A stretch of 64,000 nucleotides of DNA from a phage. The position numbers and the translations under genes were made by a program. The stretch lies in the sequence record NC_101838.1; one strand, written 5' to 3'. Below are positions 18,793-27,520 of this stretch, in pieces. Within the stretch, counting starts at the first letter, position 1, and each line of letters opens with the position of its first letter. The notes under the pieces were generated by a model. The model worked only from the letters and a program-made list of their open reading frames with translations. It made no database searches and was not told the DNA's origin.

Positions 18793-18840
18793 TTATTTTT
18801 TCGGTGGTCCTGGCTGCAGGGCCATCTATAAAGATAATTT
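18793..18840 (+). promoter_or_regulatory. degenerate variant of the palindrome/promoter element
   Basis: TTTTTTCGGTGGTCCTGGCTGCAGGGCCATCTATAAAGATAA. Confidence 0.35.
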
Positions 18841-18866
18841 ATCAACACCATGAAAGGAGAAAGTAC

Positions 18867-19220
18867 ATGATCAGCGGGGCTAGTTTTATTATTGGCGCTA
18901 TTGCTACGGCTTTAATTGTAAACAAGATCCAATCTAAAAACGAAAAAGATAGCAACGCGCTCACAGAATACCCATTTTGGGTATTCAACGACAACGAAGA
19001 CTACATAATCAAGTACAAAGATGAGAGAGGCGACCAGGTAACACCGCGACCGATCCCAGCTTACAAGATGCAGGAAACACTATACCGCCTAAAGGCCGGA
19101 GGCGCAAAGATCGTAGACTTTTGGGGATATGATTGCAAGGATCAGGAGGTCATAAAACGTCGTATCCGGGCGATTCAGGCAAATATTGAAATTAGTAAAG
19201 GGGAAATTTATGAAAATTAA
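18867..19220 (+). CDS. membrane-anchored hypothetical protein
   Basis: ATG after GAAAGGAGA RBS; hydrophobic N-terminus. Confidence 0.5.
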   Translation: MISGASFIIGAIATALIVNKIQSKNEKDSNALTEYPFWVFNDNEDYIIKYKDERGDQVTPRPIPAYKMQETLYRLKAGGAKIVDFWGYDCKDQEVIKRRIRAIQANIEISKGEIYEN

Positions 19221-19407
19221 TTTCGAAAAAATTGTAAAGCGCCCCCACGATTCCGAAGAGCTGCCGGAACGCCGCCAGCGTAACAATAAACTGAATAAAC
19301 CGAAAAGGTTCGGGAAGATCTGGAGGAATCACTATGATCGCAAATTACCGGGCCTGCTTTTGGAACGTGAACGACAGGCGGAACGATACCGCCACAAAGG
19401 CAAATAA
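19210..19407 (+). CDS. small basic protein
   Basis: ATG after AAAGGGG; Arg/Lys-rich. Confidence 0.4.
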   Translation: MKINFEKIVKRPHDSEELPERRQRNNKLNKPKRFGKIWRNHYDRKLPGLLLERERQAERYRHKGK

Positions 19408-19423
19408 CAACCAACGCCCCGCC

Positions 19424-19452
19424 ATTGTGCGGGGCTTTTTATTTCTATCCTA
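19424..19452 (+). terminator. rho-independent terminator
   Basis: CGCCCCGC-loop-GCGGGGC followed by TTTTT. Confidence 0.65.
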
Positions 19453-19577
19453 CGAATAGCGCCCCTGGTTGGCCCCACAAACGCCACAAAAGCCCCTACC
19501 TATGCAATCCCCTTTCTTAGCCTGAAAACATCACCCAGGACCGTTTTATGGTGTTAAAAATATCTTTTATTTAAAGC

Positions 19578-19606
19578 TTGACACCTTGGAATCGCCTGGA
19601 TATACT
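19578..19606 (+). promoter_or_regulatory. sigma70 promoter
   Basis: TTGACA-N17-TATACT. Confidence 0.55.
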
Positions 19607-19641
19607 AACCACATCAAAGCAAGAAGAAAGGAGTAAACGCC

Positions 19642-19902
19642 ATGCGTAAATTAAAAAATTTTGATAAAGTCGATGTTGTCCTGAATAATTTTTACTACTG
19701 CAATAATAAGGCCGTTTGGTGGCGTGATAGTTCCACCGATAAAGTTAAAGCGCGCTTTCTCCAGGGGCACTGGCAAGGCCGCCCAGTGATTAAGATCCGG
19801 GGGCAATTGGTAGCGTTTAAAAATTGCCGCCGTGTTGATGACGTTGAAGAGATTCTAAACATTTTACGCCACAATAATTTAAAAAATAGTGTTGACAAGT
19901 AA
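19642..19902 (+). CDS. hypothetical protein
   Basis: AAAGGAG RBS. Confidence 0.55.
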   Translation: MRKLKNFDKVDVVLNNFYYCNNKAVWWRDSSTDKVKARFLQGHWQGRPVIKIRGQLVAFKNCRRVDDVEEILNILRHNNLKNSVDK

Positions 19903-19920
19903 GCCTCAATAAGTATACTT
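19893..19920 (+). promoter_or_regulatory. sigma70 promoter
   Basis: TTGACA-N16-TATACT. Confidence 0.55.
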
Positions 19921-19976
19921 AAACACACAGGCGGGAAAACTTCCCGCCACTAACAAAGAAAATAGGAGAAAATATC

Positions 19977-20600
19977 ATGACCACCGTTAACATTACCGCA
20001 GGTTACAATTTATCTTTCGACGTGCTGACCGACGAACAAAAAGAAAAAGCCGTTGAAATGGTCCGCGAAAGAGAAGAACACAGCGGGGATAACTTTTTTG
20101 CAGAAAGTGTAATTGAATACTATAAAGAATATGTTTTTCCAGAGTATGGCCTTGAAGATACCGAAGTACATTGGTCAGGCTTTTGGTGCCAGGGTGACGG
20201 CGCGTCAATCAGTGCTGAAAACGTGGATTTAGAAAAATTTTTGCGTAAAGTAAAGGCCCTGACCAAGTTCCGATCAATTCGTCACTTGTTCGGCACAATG
20301 CACGATGGCGAGTTATCAGCCAGTGTTGAGCGTGATCCATATAGCCGCTATAGTCACGAAAACACTGTAAGCGGATACATTGATACCACCTGGCTAGATC
20401 TGACCGCCAAACAAGAAAACAAAGTGGAAGACCTGGAAGAGCTGATCACCGAGACGGTACGGGAGCTATCCCGCAAGGTTTACGTAGACCTGGAGGAGGC
20501 CTATCTTGAACAGTTTACTACCGAAAACCTGATCGGCCTTATTGAGGCCAATGATTGGCGGTTTGATGTGGATGAATATGGCGAGATGACTTTTTCATAA
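19977..20600 (+). CDS. hypothetical acidic protein
   Basis: ATAGGAGA RBS. Confidence 0.55.
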   Translation: MTTVNITAGYNLSFDVLTDEQKEKAVEMVREREEHSGDNFFAESVIEYYKEYVFPEYGLEDTEVHWSGFWCQGDGASISAENVDLEKFLRKVKALTKFRSIRHLFGTMHDGELSASVERDPYSRYSHENTVSGYIDTTWLDLTAKQENKVEDLEELITETVRELSRKVYVDLEEAYLEQFTTENLIGLIEANDWRFDVDEYGEMTFS

Positions 20601-20689
20601 ATAAAGTGTTGCAATAACCTAAAAACCTGCTATATTAAAACTCAAGGGGGCAAGACGTTTGCCCCACACAAAACAAAGAGGAAAACATT

Positions 20690-21070
20690 ATGAAAAACAC
20701 TACCAAGGCTATTGACACCGTTATGTTTAACCTGGTTACATTCCGTGAAGATATGAAAGATCTTCCACGTGAAACAGTGTGCGATCACATTGAAAACTAT
20801 CGCAAACTAATCAAAGAGTTGCCCCTAAAACGTGACCAGTATGCGGCTAACGCTATGCTCAACGCCATGATCAAAAAGATGATCCAGTGTGATTTAACCC
20901 TGGCCTATGACTATGCGGGTGGTCGTTTTGCAGTATACAATCAGCCCGTGCCTGGTATGGGCACCACCGAAGAATTGCACGCGCTCAATCTAAAACAAGA
21001 CGTATGGGATAACATGCCCCGCGTGGTGGTGTGGGCAGAAAGCGGAAAGATTTACGGCGATAATTTTTAA
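20690..21070 (+). CDS. hypothetical protein
   Basis: AAGAGGA RBS. Confidence 0.55.
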   Translation: MKNTTKAIDTVMFNLVTFREDMKDLPRETVCDHIENYRKLIKELPLKRDQYAANAMLNAMIKKMIQCDLTLAYDYAGGRFAVYNQPVPGMGTTEELHALNLKQDVWDNMPRVVVWAESGKIYGDNF

Positions 21071-21079
21071 TCAGGTAAC

Positions 21080-21103
21080 AGGCGGCAAATATGCCGCCTT
21101 ATT
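21080..21103 (+). terminator. weak intrinsic terminator hairpin
   Basis: GGCGGCA-loop-TGCCGCC followed by TTATTGTT. Confidence 0.35.
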
Positions 21104-21134
21104 GTTAAACAGAACTGCAAAAGAGGTACATAGA

Positions 21135-21506
21135 ATGGAATTTATTATTTTGGCTGTAGTAGTTGCCTTGTTCAACGCCTGGATCGCTGGCAAGATGGGT
21201 AGATCCGCCTTTTTATGGTTTATTATATCTATTTTCCTGGGGGTGGTTGCAACTATTGTACTTGTTATCCTTGCAATTGTTGACAAGGGGAATAATAGAA
21301 AGGGTAAAGTATTTTCAGACCTGTACGACGCTCAAACGTTTGTCAACGCCTATTATAGTGATCTTCCAGTCTCCCTACGCTGCAGCCTGGCACAACAAGT
21401 TTTCGATGAGGCTAAAACCAGAGATCAAGCCCATGAGATATGTTTAACTGAGGCGGATCGCCTATTTGAGAGGAATAGAAAATATGTGGGCCAACCGTTT
21501 AAATAA
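21135..21506 (+). CDS. membrane protein (two predicted transmembrane helices)
   Basis: ATG after AAAGAGG RBS; hydrophobic segments. Confidence 0.5.
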   Translation: MEFIILAVVVALFNAWIAGKMGRSAFLWFIISIFLGVVATIVLVILAIVDKGNNRKGKVFSDLYDAQTFVNAYYSDLPVSLRCSLAQQVFDEAKTRDQAHEICLTEADRLFERNRKYVGQPFK

Positions 21507-21705
21507 TGCCACGTTAATTAATCCCTTTAGTGAAGATTTGAAGCCAGCCGCCTGGCGTGATGGATTCAATAACGAACGCTTTATTTTCAAGCCTGATCTT
21601 GAGGAATTTTATAACAATGGATCGAACAACGACAGAGATAATTTTTCTTGTGGTGTGCGTAGTGATGGTACTCCTGGGGGCCATTGTAAACCACGTCACT
21701 ACTAA
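21484..21705 (+). CDS. hypothetical protein
   Basis: ORF overlapping the end of the previous gene. Confidence 0.35.
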   Translation: MWANRLNNATLINPFSEDLKPAAWRDGFNNERFIFKPDLEEFYNNGSNNDRDNFSCGVRSDGTPGGHCKPRHY

Positions 21706-21725
21706 CAGGGGGAAAGGGGGAGACG

Positions 21726-21845
21726 ATGACACCCAAGGATAAGCCCCGCACCGATAAGGCGCGCCGTGTTATGGTATGGCTTGAGATCATCGCCCTTGAA
21801 ATATTGTTAGGGGTAGGGATGTACTTTATCGCTGTAAGTAACTAA
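21726..21845 (+). CDS. small membrane peptide (39 aa, not in ORF track)
   Basis: ATG after AAGGGGGAG RBS; hydrophobic C-terminal half. Confidence 0.3.
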   Translation: MTPKDKPRTDKARRVMVWLEIIALEILLGVGMYFIAVSN

Positions 21846-21849
21846 GAAC

Positions 21850-21878
21850 GGCCCCCCGATCATGGGGGCCTATCTTTT
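21850..21878 (+). terminator. rho-independent terminator
   Basis: GGCCCCCC-GATCAT-GGGGGCC followed by T-rich run. Confidence 0.6.
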
Positions 21879-21904
21879 AAAAAAAAAAAAAATTCTTCCG
21901 GGGT

Positions 21905-21933
21905 GTTGCAATCCGGTCCGGAATGTGGATAAT
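21905..21933 (+). promoter_or_regulatory. sigma70-like promoter
   Basis: TTGCAA-N17-ATAATA. Confidence 0.45.
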
Positions 21934-21989
21934 AACAATCAACGGGGAGCTAATCCCCACCACCACAAAAACCAGAAAGGAGAAACAAA

Positions 21990-22190
21990 ATGAGCAACAA
22001 TATCCGCGTTATTAACTTCAAAAAAGAAGAAAAAATTGCCGTGCTGATTGACGGTCAAGAAATCTTCAAGGGCGACTATGAAGATCATCAAACGGCGATT
22101 AGTATCACTCGCGTGATTGGTTACCATAATTTTTACCCCCAAGGCGCTGAGGCAGCGGTTAAACGAATCAAAGAGATTGTAGGCCTGTAA
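21990..22190 (+). CDS. hypothetical protein
   Basis: AAAGGAGA RBS. Confidence 0.55.
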   Translation: MSNNIRVINFKKEEKIAVLIDGQEIFKGDYEDHQTAISITRVIGYHNFYPQGAEAAVKRIKEIVGL

Positions 22191-22193
22191 AAT

Positions 22194-22238
22194 TTATTTT
22201 TAGATGGCCTTGACTCCAGGGCCATCAATAAAGTAAAT
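22194..22238 (+). promoter_or_regulatory. repeated palindrome/promoter element, copy 3
   Basis: Same element as 17838 with TTGACT in place of TTGACA. Confidence 0.5.
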
Positions 22239-22284
22239 TTAAACCCTGTTAAAAATACCACGCAGTTAACAAGGAGTGATAGAC

Positions 22285-22584
22285 ATGTTTATCCAGGCTA
22301 ATAATCTTTATTTCTTTGATGGTCAGATCGTAGACGGTGTGGAAGTGGAGATCACCGGGTGCCCTGGCGGTCAGGCTATGACTTTTCGGAATAATGCCTT
22401 TGATGATTCTCATATCGTTATGAGAATGGAAGTTACGAAGCTGGACGACAAGAAAACACTTATTGACTATTCTGTGAAAGATCATCCAGACTACCGCATG
22501 ATCCATGGCGATTTGTGCATTGTTGACCGTGACAAGGTGGGCGGCATTGTGATCGCTATTGTGAACGATGTTTTCTCAAACTAA
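22285..22584 (+). CDS. hypothetical protein
   Basis: ATG after AAGGAG RBS. Confidence 0.5.
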   Translation: MFIQANNLYFFDGQIVDGVEVEITGCPGGQAMTFRNNAFDDSHIVMRMEVTKLDDKKTLIDYSVKDHPDYRMIHGDLCIVDRDKVGGIVIAIVNDVFSN

Positions 22585-22601
22585 TTTCAGCAGGTGATTT
22601 T

Positions 22602-22952
22602 ATGAAAGTCAAACTATATTACCTTAATGAGCTTAACCCCCTTGCCCAGGTCCGCGCCCTAGCTAATACCTTGATTTGTGAGAAATCTGCATATTGTGTT
22701 GAGCTTAACGCCATGCGTGAACGTCTCAAAGGGGGTTACTTTGACATCCATGCTGCAATCAACGGCCTGAATATGGAATTTATACGCTTACGTAACAGCC
22801 GCCGGAATCTGGCAAGAATGGAACAAGATCCGGCCCACCTTCGTAAGCTGGTTATTGAAAATCATCTGATGTTTAATGCCGAGGGTGATTATTACCATTT
22901 TCACCGCAAACGCTGGTACCGTGGCGGCAATACAGGCAAGAATGCAAAATAA
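22602..22952 (+). CDS. hypothetical protein
   Basis: ORF. Confidence 0.5.
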   Translation: MKVKLYYLNELNPLAQVRALANTLICEKSAYCVELNAMRERLKGGYFDIHAAINGLNMEFIRLRNSRRNLARMEQDPAHLRKLVIENHLMFNAEGDYYHFHRKRWYRGGNTGKNAK

Positions 22953-22990
22953 GGCCCCAGGCAGGGCCTGCAGCGATATAATCACATAAA

Positions 22991-23021
22991 GGCTATGCGG
23001 TTGCATGGCCTTTATTATTTT
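22991..23021 (+). terminator. intrinsic terminator
   Basis: GGCTATGC-loop-GCATGGCC followed by TTTATTATTTT. Confidence 0.5.
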
Positions 23022-23072
23022 AGCGTTACAGCGGCCCCAAGGCGCTTAAAAAAAAAATTTTTAAAGAAGTAC

Positions 23073-23101
23073 TTGCATCAAGTCCTACAATATGGATAAT
23101 A
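23073..23101 (+). promoter_or_regulatory. sigma70-like promoter
   Basis: TTGCAT-N17-ATAATA. Confidence 0.45.
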
Positions 23102-23157
23102 GGACGTGTCAGGGGGGCGGCCCCCAATCATTAACCGGATAGATAGGAGTTAAAATC

Positions 23158-23442
23158 ATGACTATTGTCACCGTTGGCGATGTAGTGGAAATGGAAGCAA
23201 AATACTTAAAAGCGGGTATGCATATCCTACGGAATGATCAAGAATTGTTATTAACGATGGTAGACTATAATCCCGGCCAGGATTATCCAAGCATCGACTA
23301 CTTTTTTGAGTATGTTGATGAAGAATTGAAAGAGGATGAGGCTTATCAGGGTGAATTCTGCAATTTCTTTTGCCCTGATGAGGTTGTAAAAGTTATCTAT
23401 CAACCTGGAGTACCTTTCCCGCTGCACGCTATCAATAAATAA
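23158..23442 (+). CDS. hypothetical protein
   Basis: ATAGGAG RBS. Confidence 0.55.
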   Translation: MTIVTVGDVVEMEAKYLKAGMHILRNDQELLLTMVDYNPGQDYPSIDYFFEYVDEELKEDEAYQGEFCNFFCPDEVVKVIYQPGVPFPLHAINK

Positions 23443-23496
23443 ACCTGGTGGGGCCGAAAAGGCCCCAATTATGAAAATAAAGAGAGGTAAATCATC

Positions 23497-23730
23497 ATGA
23501 TGGAACAAATTAAACGCGCTGAGTCTATTAATGGCAATGTGATCTATTTTGTCAGCAAAAACGAAAAAGGCGTACCATATGCGGCGGTAATAGTACAACC
23601 TGACGGCGATTATTGGTTTACTGTATACGGATCTTATTCTTTCGGGCGTCCGGTTCATGATAGAATTTTGAAAGTAGCAAATCCGACCGGGAAAAATATC
23701 ACAGCAGAAAAATTTTTTGAAAATAGTTGA
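23497..23730 (+). CDS. hypothetical protein
   Basis: AAGAGAGG RBS. Confidence 0.5.
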   Translation: MMEQIKRAESINGNVIYFVSKNEKGVPYAAVIVQPDGDYWFTVYGSYSFGRPVHDRILKVANPTGKNITAEKFFENS

Positions 23731-23756
23731 CATGACCATATAAGACTGTAATATAT
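23728..23756 (+). promoter_or_regulatory. sigma70 promoter
   Basis: TTGACA-N16-TAATAT. Confidence 0.55.
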
Positions 23757-23807
23757 AAATCAAAGGGGGGGCAACAAGCCCCACCAACCACAAAGAGGAT
23801 AAAAATC

Positions 23808-23987
23808 ATGGCTATTATTGCAAAGACTGAGATCGTAGGCTTAGATTCTATTCTCCTCGCATATGAGGAAGCTATAGAAATGTATGTGGTTTCCTATGGT
23901 GAGTATATTCGTGAATATAAATCTATTGATCTGGCTTTTGAATGTTATATTCGCCAGGTTAATAAAGCGTACGATGATTATCGTTAA
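23808..23987 (+). CDS. small hypothetical protein (59 aa, not in ORF track)
   Basis: ATG after AAGAGGA RBS. Confidence 0.4.
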   Translation: MAIIAKTEIVGLDSILLAYEEAIEMYVVSYGEYIREYKSIDLAFECYIRQVNKAYDDYR

Positions 23988-24077
23988 AATAGTTTGACAA
24001 CAAACAACCATCTAACAAAGCATAATACATAAGGCGGTGGAATGGTCCGCCACCTGGAACAAGAAGAGGAAAACAAG

Positions 24078-24182
24078 ATGAAACAGAAATTAATTGATGC
24101 GGTGATCCTGGTTATTGCCCTGGGTATTGGCCTGATTGCAACCATGGCTAATATGATCTTGTCTTCCAACGGTATCGGGTGA
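24078..24182 (+). CDS. small membrane peptide (34 aa, not in ORF track)
   Basis: ATG after GAGGAAAA; hydrophobic. Confidence 0.3.
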   Translation: MKQKLIDAVILVIALGIGLIATMANMILSSNGIG

Positions 24183-24191
24183 GGTTGGCAA

Positions 24192-24407
24192 ATGATCACT
24201 AACAAAACAGGCAAAACAGAATTTTTACGCAACTTACAGATCGGTAAGTCTGAGATCTGGTATTGCACTAAAACACCCCGTGACGAAATGAAAGACTTCA
24301 CCGCCACGCTGCAACGGGTAAAGATATCCATCACGCAGAAAAAGGCCTTACTAGTGGTGGAAGGTGAGATCCCCCAAACCGTTGTTATAGTTGAGCGTAC
24401 AGCATAG
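24192..24407 (+). CDS. hypothetical protein
   Basis: ORF. Confidence 0.45.
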   Translation: MITNKTGKTEFLRNLQIGKSEIWYCTKTPRDEMKDFTATLQRVKISITQKKALLVVEGEIPQTVVIVERTA

Positions 24408-24498
24408 TTTAATTTATACAGATACCTTAAAATTAACCAACAAAGCATAAACAGGCGGTTACCGCCGCCTTAAACGTAGCAGAAAGAGGATAGACACA

Positions 24499-24783
24499 AT
24501 GAAAAAGATGATCGCAGTTGTTGCCCTGGTTGTTGGACTTAATGCGCCTGTAATGGCTAAAGAGCTGGCAAAAGAGGTTAATCTAACGGATATTCATGCC
24601 GTCAATCAAATAGGGGTTACTTATCGCTTATGCCTTGCCGCTAAAACTTTTAAGGACGGCACAACAGAGTACTACGGCTTCGAGGGTGTCCGGTGCGGTG
24701 AACTTGCTCGCGACCTTAAAGAAGATCCAGACCTGGAAGATCTGCCCATCACCGTAAATGGTAAAGCTTACGTAAACCGTTAA
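24499..24783 (+). CDS. secreted protein with N-terminal signal peptide
   Basis: AAAGAGGA RBS; N-terminus MKKMIAVVALVVGLNAPVMA. Confidence 0.55.
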   Translation: MKKMIAVVALVVGLNAPVMAKELAKEVNLTDIHAVNQIGVTYRLCLAAKTFKDGTTEYYGFEGVRCGELARDLKEDPDLEDLPITVNGKAYVNR

Positions 24784-24785
24784 CC

Positions 24786-24920
24786 ATGAGAAAGATAATC
24801 ATCACCTTGGGGATTGTGGCGGGATCGCTGGCGCTCTTTCTCCTTATGGTTAGGTATGTGCTGATCGGTATTGTCCTGGTAGTCAGCGATCTGTTGGAAA
24901 CGGTTGGCACCTTGTTTTAA
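24786..24920 (+). CDS. small membrane peptide (44 aa, not in ORF track)
   Basis: ATG 2 nt after upstream stop; hydrophobic. Confidence 0.35.
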   Translation: MRKIIITLGIVAGSLALFLLMVRYVLIGIVLVVSDLLETVGTLF

Positions 24921-24932
24921 AGAGCGGTAAAA

Positions 24933-25124
24933 ATGAATATCGAACAAGTTAGAAAGGTATTGGCGGTACTGCGTTATCATAATCATAGAAAGGTCATAGA
25001 CGATCCTGATTATGTCGATTCAAGCCTGGAAGGGGATACACTACAAGCCATAAGTAACATGCAAGAATTGCTAAAGCGCATGACAGAGAAAAACCGACCG
25101 GACTACATAGGCGAAAAAATATAA
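24933..25124 (+). CDS. hypothetical protein
   Basis: ORF. Confidence 0.45.
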   Translation: MNIEQVRKVLAVLRYHNHRKVIDDPDYVDSSLEGDTLQAISNMQELLKRMTEKNRPDYIGEKI

Positions 25125-25140
25125 TCCTTATAAACTACAA

Positions 25141-25172
25141 AACAGGGCTTGCAATGGTCCTGTTTTTTGTTA
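25141..25172 (+). terminator. rho-independent terminator
   Basis: AACAGGGC-loop-GTCCTGTT followed by TTTTTGTT. Confidence 0.6.
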
Positions 25173-25255
25173 TACTTGTTTCACGGCAGGCACCTGGCGA
25201 CGGGGGGGGGAGACAATCACCGGGTGTGCCTGCTATATAAAAACTATAAAAACCG

Positions 25256-25284
25256 TTGACATCTGCCAGGTGGTGGGGTAGCAT
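25256..25284 (+). promoter_or_regulatory. sigma70-like promoter
   Basis: TTGACA-N17-TAGCAT. Confidence 0.45.
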
Positions 25285-25339
25285 TTATCTCGAAGGGGGC
25301 AAAAGCGCCCACACAACAACTGGAAGAGAGGAAAACGCC

Positions 25340-25612
25340 ATGTTAAGCTGGATTAACCAAGAAGTTGAATCACGTTTTAATGCTATTTGGGATCTCATCG
25401 AAAAAGAGGACGGAACATCAAGCCCTTATCTCAATAATCTTGAATTCCATTTCGTGGAAGCGATGAACGCAGAACATGATCACGAAGGTGGTGCGGATGA
25501 ATTCGCTAAAGGATATGGCTTCAACAATGCCAACGAAATGATCGAGGCGGTTGTACTCCAGGCTGAGGAAGATTATCAATTAAAAACGCTTGAATTCTGC
25601 CGCCGTAAGTAA
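25340..25612 (+). CDS. hypothetical protein
   Basis: ATG after GAGAGGAAAA RBS (track start 25256). Confidence 0.5.
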   Translation: MLSWINQEVESRFNAIWDLIEKEDGTSSPYLNNLEFHFVEAMNAEHDHEGGADEFAKGYGFNNANEMIEAVVLQAEEDYQLKTLEFCRRK

Positions 25613-25674
25613 TAAGATAATGACACGGGCCAAAAGGCCCACTAAACAAAAACCACATAAAGAGGAAAAACATC

Positions 25675-25938
25675 ATGAAACGCCTTGATCAGCTCAAATT
25701 AGTTCAATATATGGCTTATCGTGTTCTTGAAGTCCAGAAAGGTAGCAAAAAAGAGGTTTGCGAGAAAGCTTATAAGATCTTCACTCGCAAAAAAGATGAC
25801 TGGATGCTGCGCCAGACTAAAAAGGCTGACATCTTGGGGTACCTGGAAGAAGAGATCCGCCTTGAAGAGCAAGAAGAGATCCGCCGTAGTGAGGCAGATT
25901 ATCAGGCAGCTTGGGAAAACTGGATGAGCAACAAATAA
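25675..25938 (+). CDS. hypothetical protein
   Basis: AAAGAGGA RBS. Confidence 0.55.
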   Translation: MKRLDQLKLVQYMAYRVLEVQKGSKKEVCEKAYKIFTRKKDDWMLRQTKKADILGYLEEEIRLEEQEEIRRSEADYQAAWENWMSNK

Positions 25939-26003
25939 TACAACAAGTTACGGTCAGGGGGTAATAAAGCCCCTTGATCACATAAAAATTATGCTATCCC
26001 TGG

Positions 26004-26032
26004 TTGACAGGGATCGGCAGTTTTGCTATATT
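26004..26032 (+). promoter_or_regulatory. sigma70 promoter
   Basis: TTGACA-N17-TATATT. Confidence 0.55.
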
Positions 26033-26081
26033 CTTTTTTGAAGGGAAGTTGTAAGAAAATTAACTAAGAGGTAAAAACACC

Positions 26082-26501
26082 ATGAACATTAAATCTAATA
26101 ATCCGGCATATAGCTTTGATAACGCTTTTTGTCACGGTCCGGCGGCGAAAGGATTCGAAATCGATGGTAAACTAATTATTGTCAATGTTGACGGGGAAGA
26201 GGTTGCAGTATATCCGGTGGCAGACGTAAAAAGCCGTTTACAATGCCGCATGGATGTTACCGCCTATCAGCTTGATCCGGTTCGCATAGTTGCCCTGGTC
26301 CTGGAAGAAGAAATTAAAGCCATGCACCATAGCAACAGGTTTATTGGTGACGCTCAGGATAATATGAAGGTGTGCCGCCATAAAGTTAATGAAGTGCTTA
26401 AAGAGTACGGCTATAAAGATCTTATGATCAAACGTGATGAAAAATTCCGCTACCGTAACGACCTGGCAAATCGGATTTTTGAAATATACGAATCATTATA
26501 A
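26082..26501 (+). CDS. hypothetical protein
   Basis: AAGAGG RBS. Confidence 0.55.
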   Translation: MNIKSNNPAYSFDNAFCHGPAAKGFEIDGKLIIVNVDGEEVAVYPVADVKSRLQCRMDVTAYQLDPVRIVALVLEEEIKAMHHSNRFIGDAQDNMKVCRHKVNEVLKEYGYKDLMIKRDEKFRYRNDLANRIFEIYESL

Positions 26502-26519
26502 TTTTTTAACTGAATTATC

Positions 26520-26546
26520 AAGGGGCTTAGCCCCTTTCTTTTTGTC
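26520..26546 (+). terminator. rho-independent terminator closing the plus-strand block
   Basis: AAGGGGC-TTA-GCCCCTT followed by TCTTTTT. Confidence 0.65.
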
Positions 26547-27464
26547 TGCTCTTCCCCCTACCATAAACGGCCCTACCTGGAAAGTGGAATAATTGACGAG
26601 CCATCAATCCCACACACTGTACAAACATACATGTAAAATAGCTATTGCATAACCTTTCATTGTGTGGTAGCGGTGCTATTTTTTACCAGTTTTCCTTCCA
26701 AAATTGCACGTAATGCAGCTATTGCATAAATTTTAACCTGATGCATATCTTCAATATCTTGTCAACAAATAAAAATTCTTATAAGTCATACACTTATACC
26801 CCCACAAAAGCGTTCTCTACGTGAAAAATCGGGCATAACTATAGCCGCCAGATCTCAGAATTTACGTACGCTCGCCATTCTATAGCCTGCTAAGTATTTA
26901 TTCCAACCATAGAATAATGGAATAGTCAATACCTGAATAAAATAATTATTCGTTTAAACTGCATAACATAAATCAGCTCAGGTGTCAACATTTTTCGTAA
27001 ACAGTCTTAAATTGTCACTGTGAGTTATCATAAACAGAGAAATCTTTAGTCGTCTAATGTTTACTGTACGTTACTATACTGACTGGAATCATTAGATGAC
27101 TAATAGAAAGATAAGAAATAATTAACGATACAATTATTTTACCTGTAACAATAAGGCAACTATGCAAACGAATGGCATGGCGCGACGGAGTCGCGACATA
27201 ATATAAAAGCAGTAACCATCACCCCCGTGATAGTTTGTCTGCAAACTATTAATCAGATCATAGTTGCCTTGTATTTAGTTAATCATGACATAACAAGCAA
27301 GGCAACTATAGATCTTCTAATAGTTGCCCTGCTTTTATATTATGTCATGCTAATTATAATCAGTGCGATTATTGTCATGCAAACGAATGGCATGGCTTAT
27401 CATCTCTGTGTAAACAATCTATGCGTGAACAGTGAAACATGAAATAATAACAGTCGTTATTGTG

Positions 27465-27520
27465 TCAAGTATTCCGATTGTGTCACCATTGTGTCTAAAG
27501 TGTCATATTGTGTCAGACAA
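27465..27520. repeat. four closely spaced ATTGTGTCA-type direct repeats
   Basis: ttattgtgtcaag, attgtgtcacc, attgtgtctaa, tattgtgtcagac in tandem. Confidence 0.5.

Noticed and set aside
19977-20600. ArdA/Ocr-type anti-restriction identity for the 207-aa acidic early protein
   Set aside because: Sequence does not resemble ArdA or Ocr as I recall them; only acidity is shared, so left as hypothetical.
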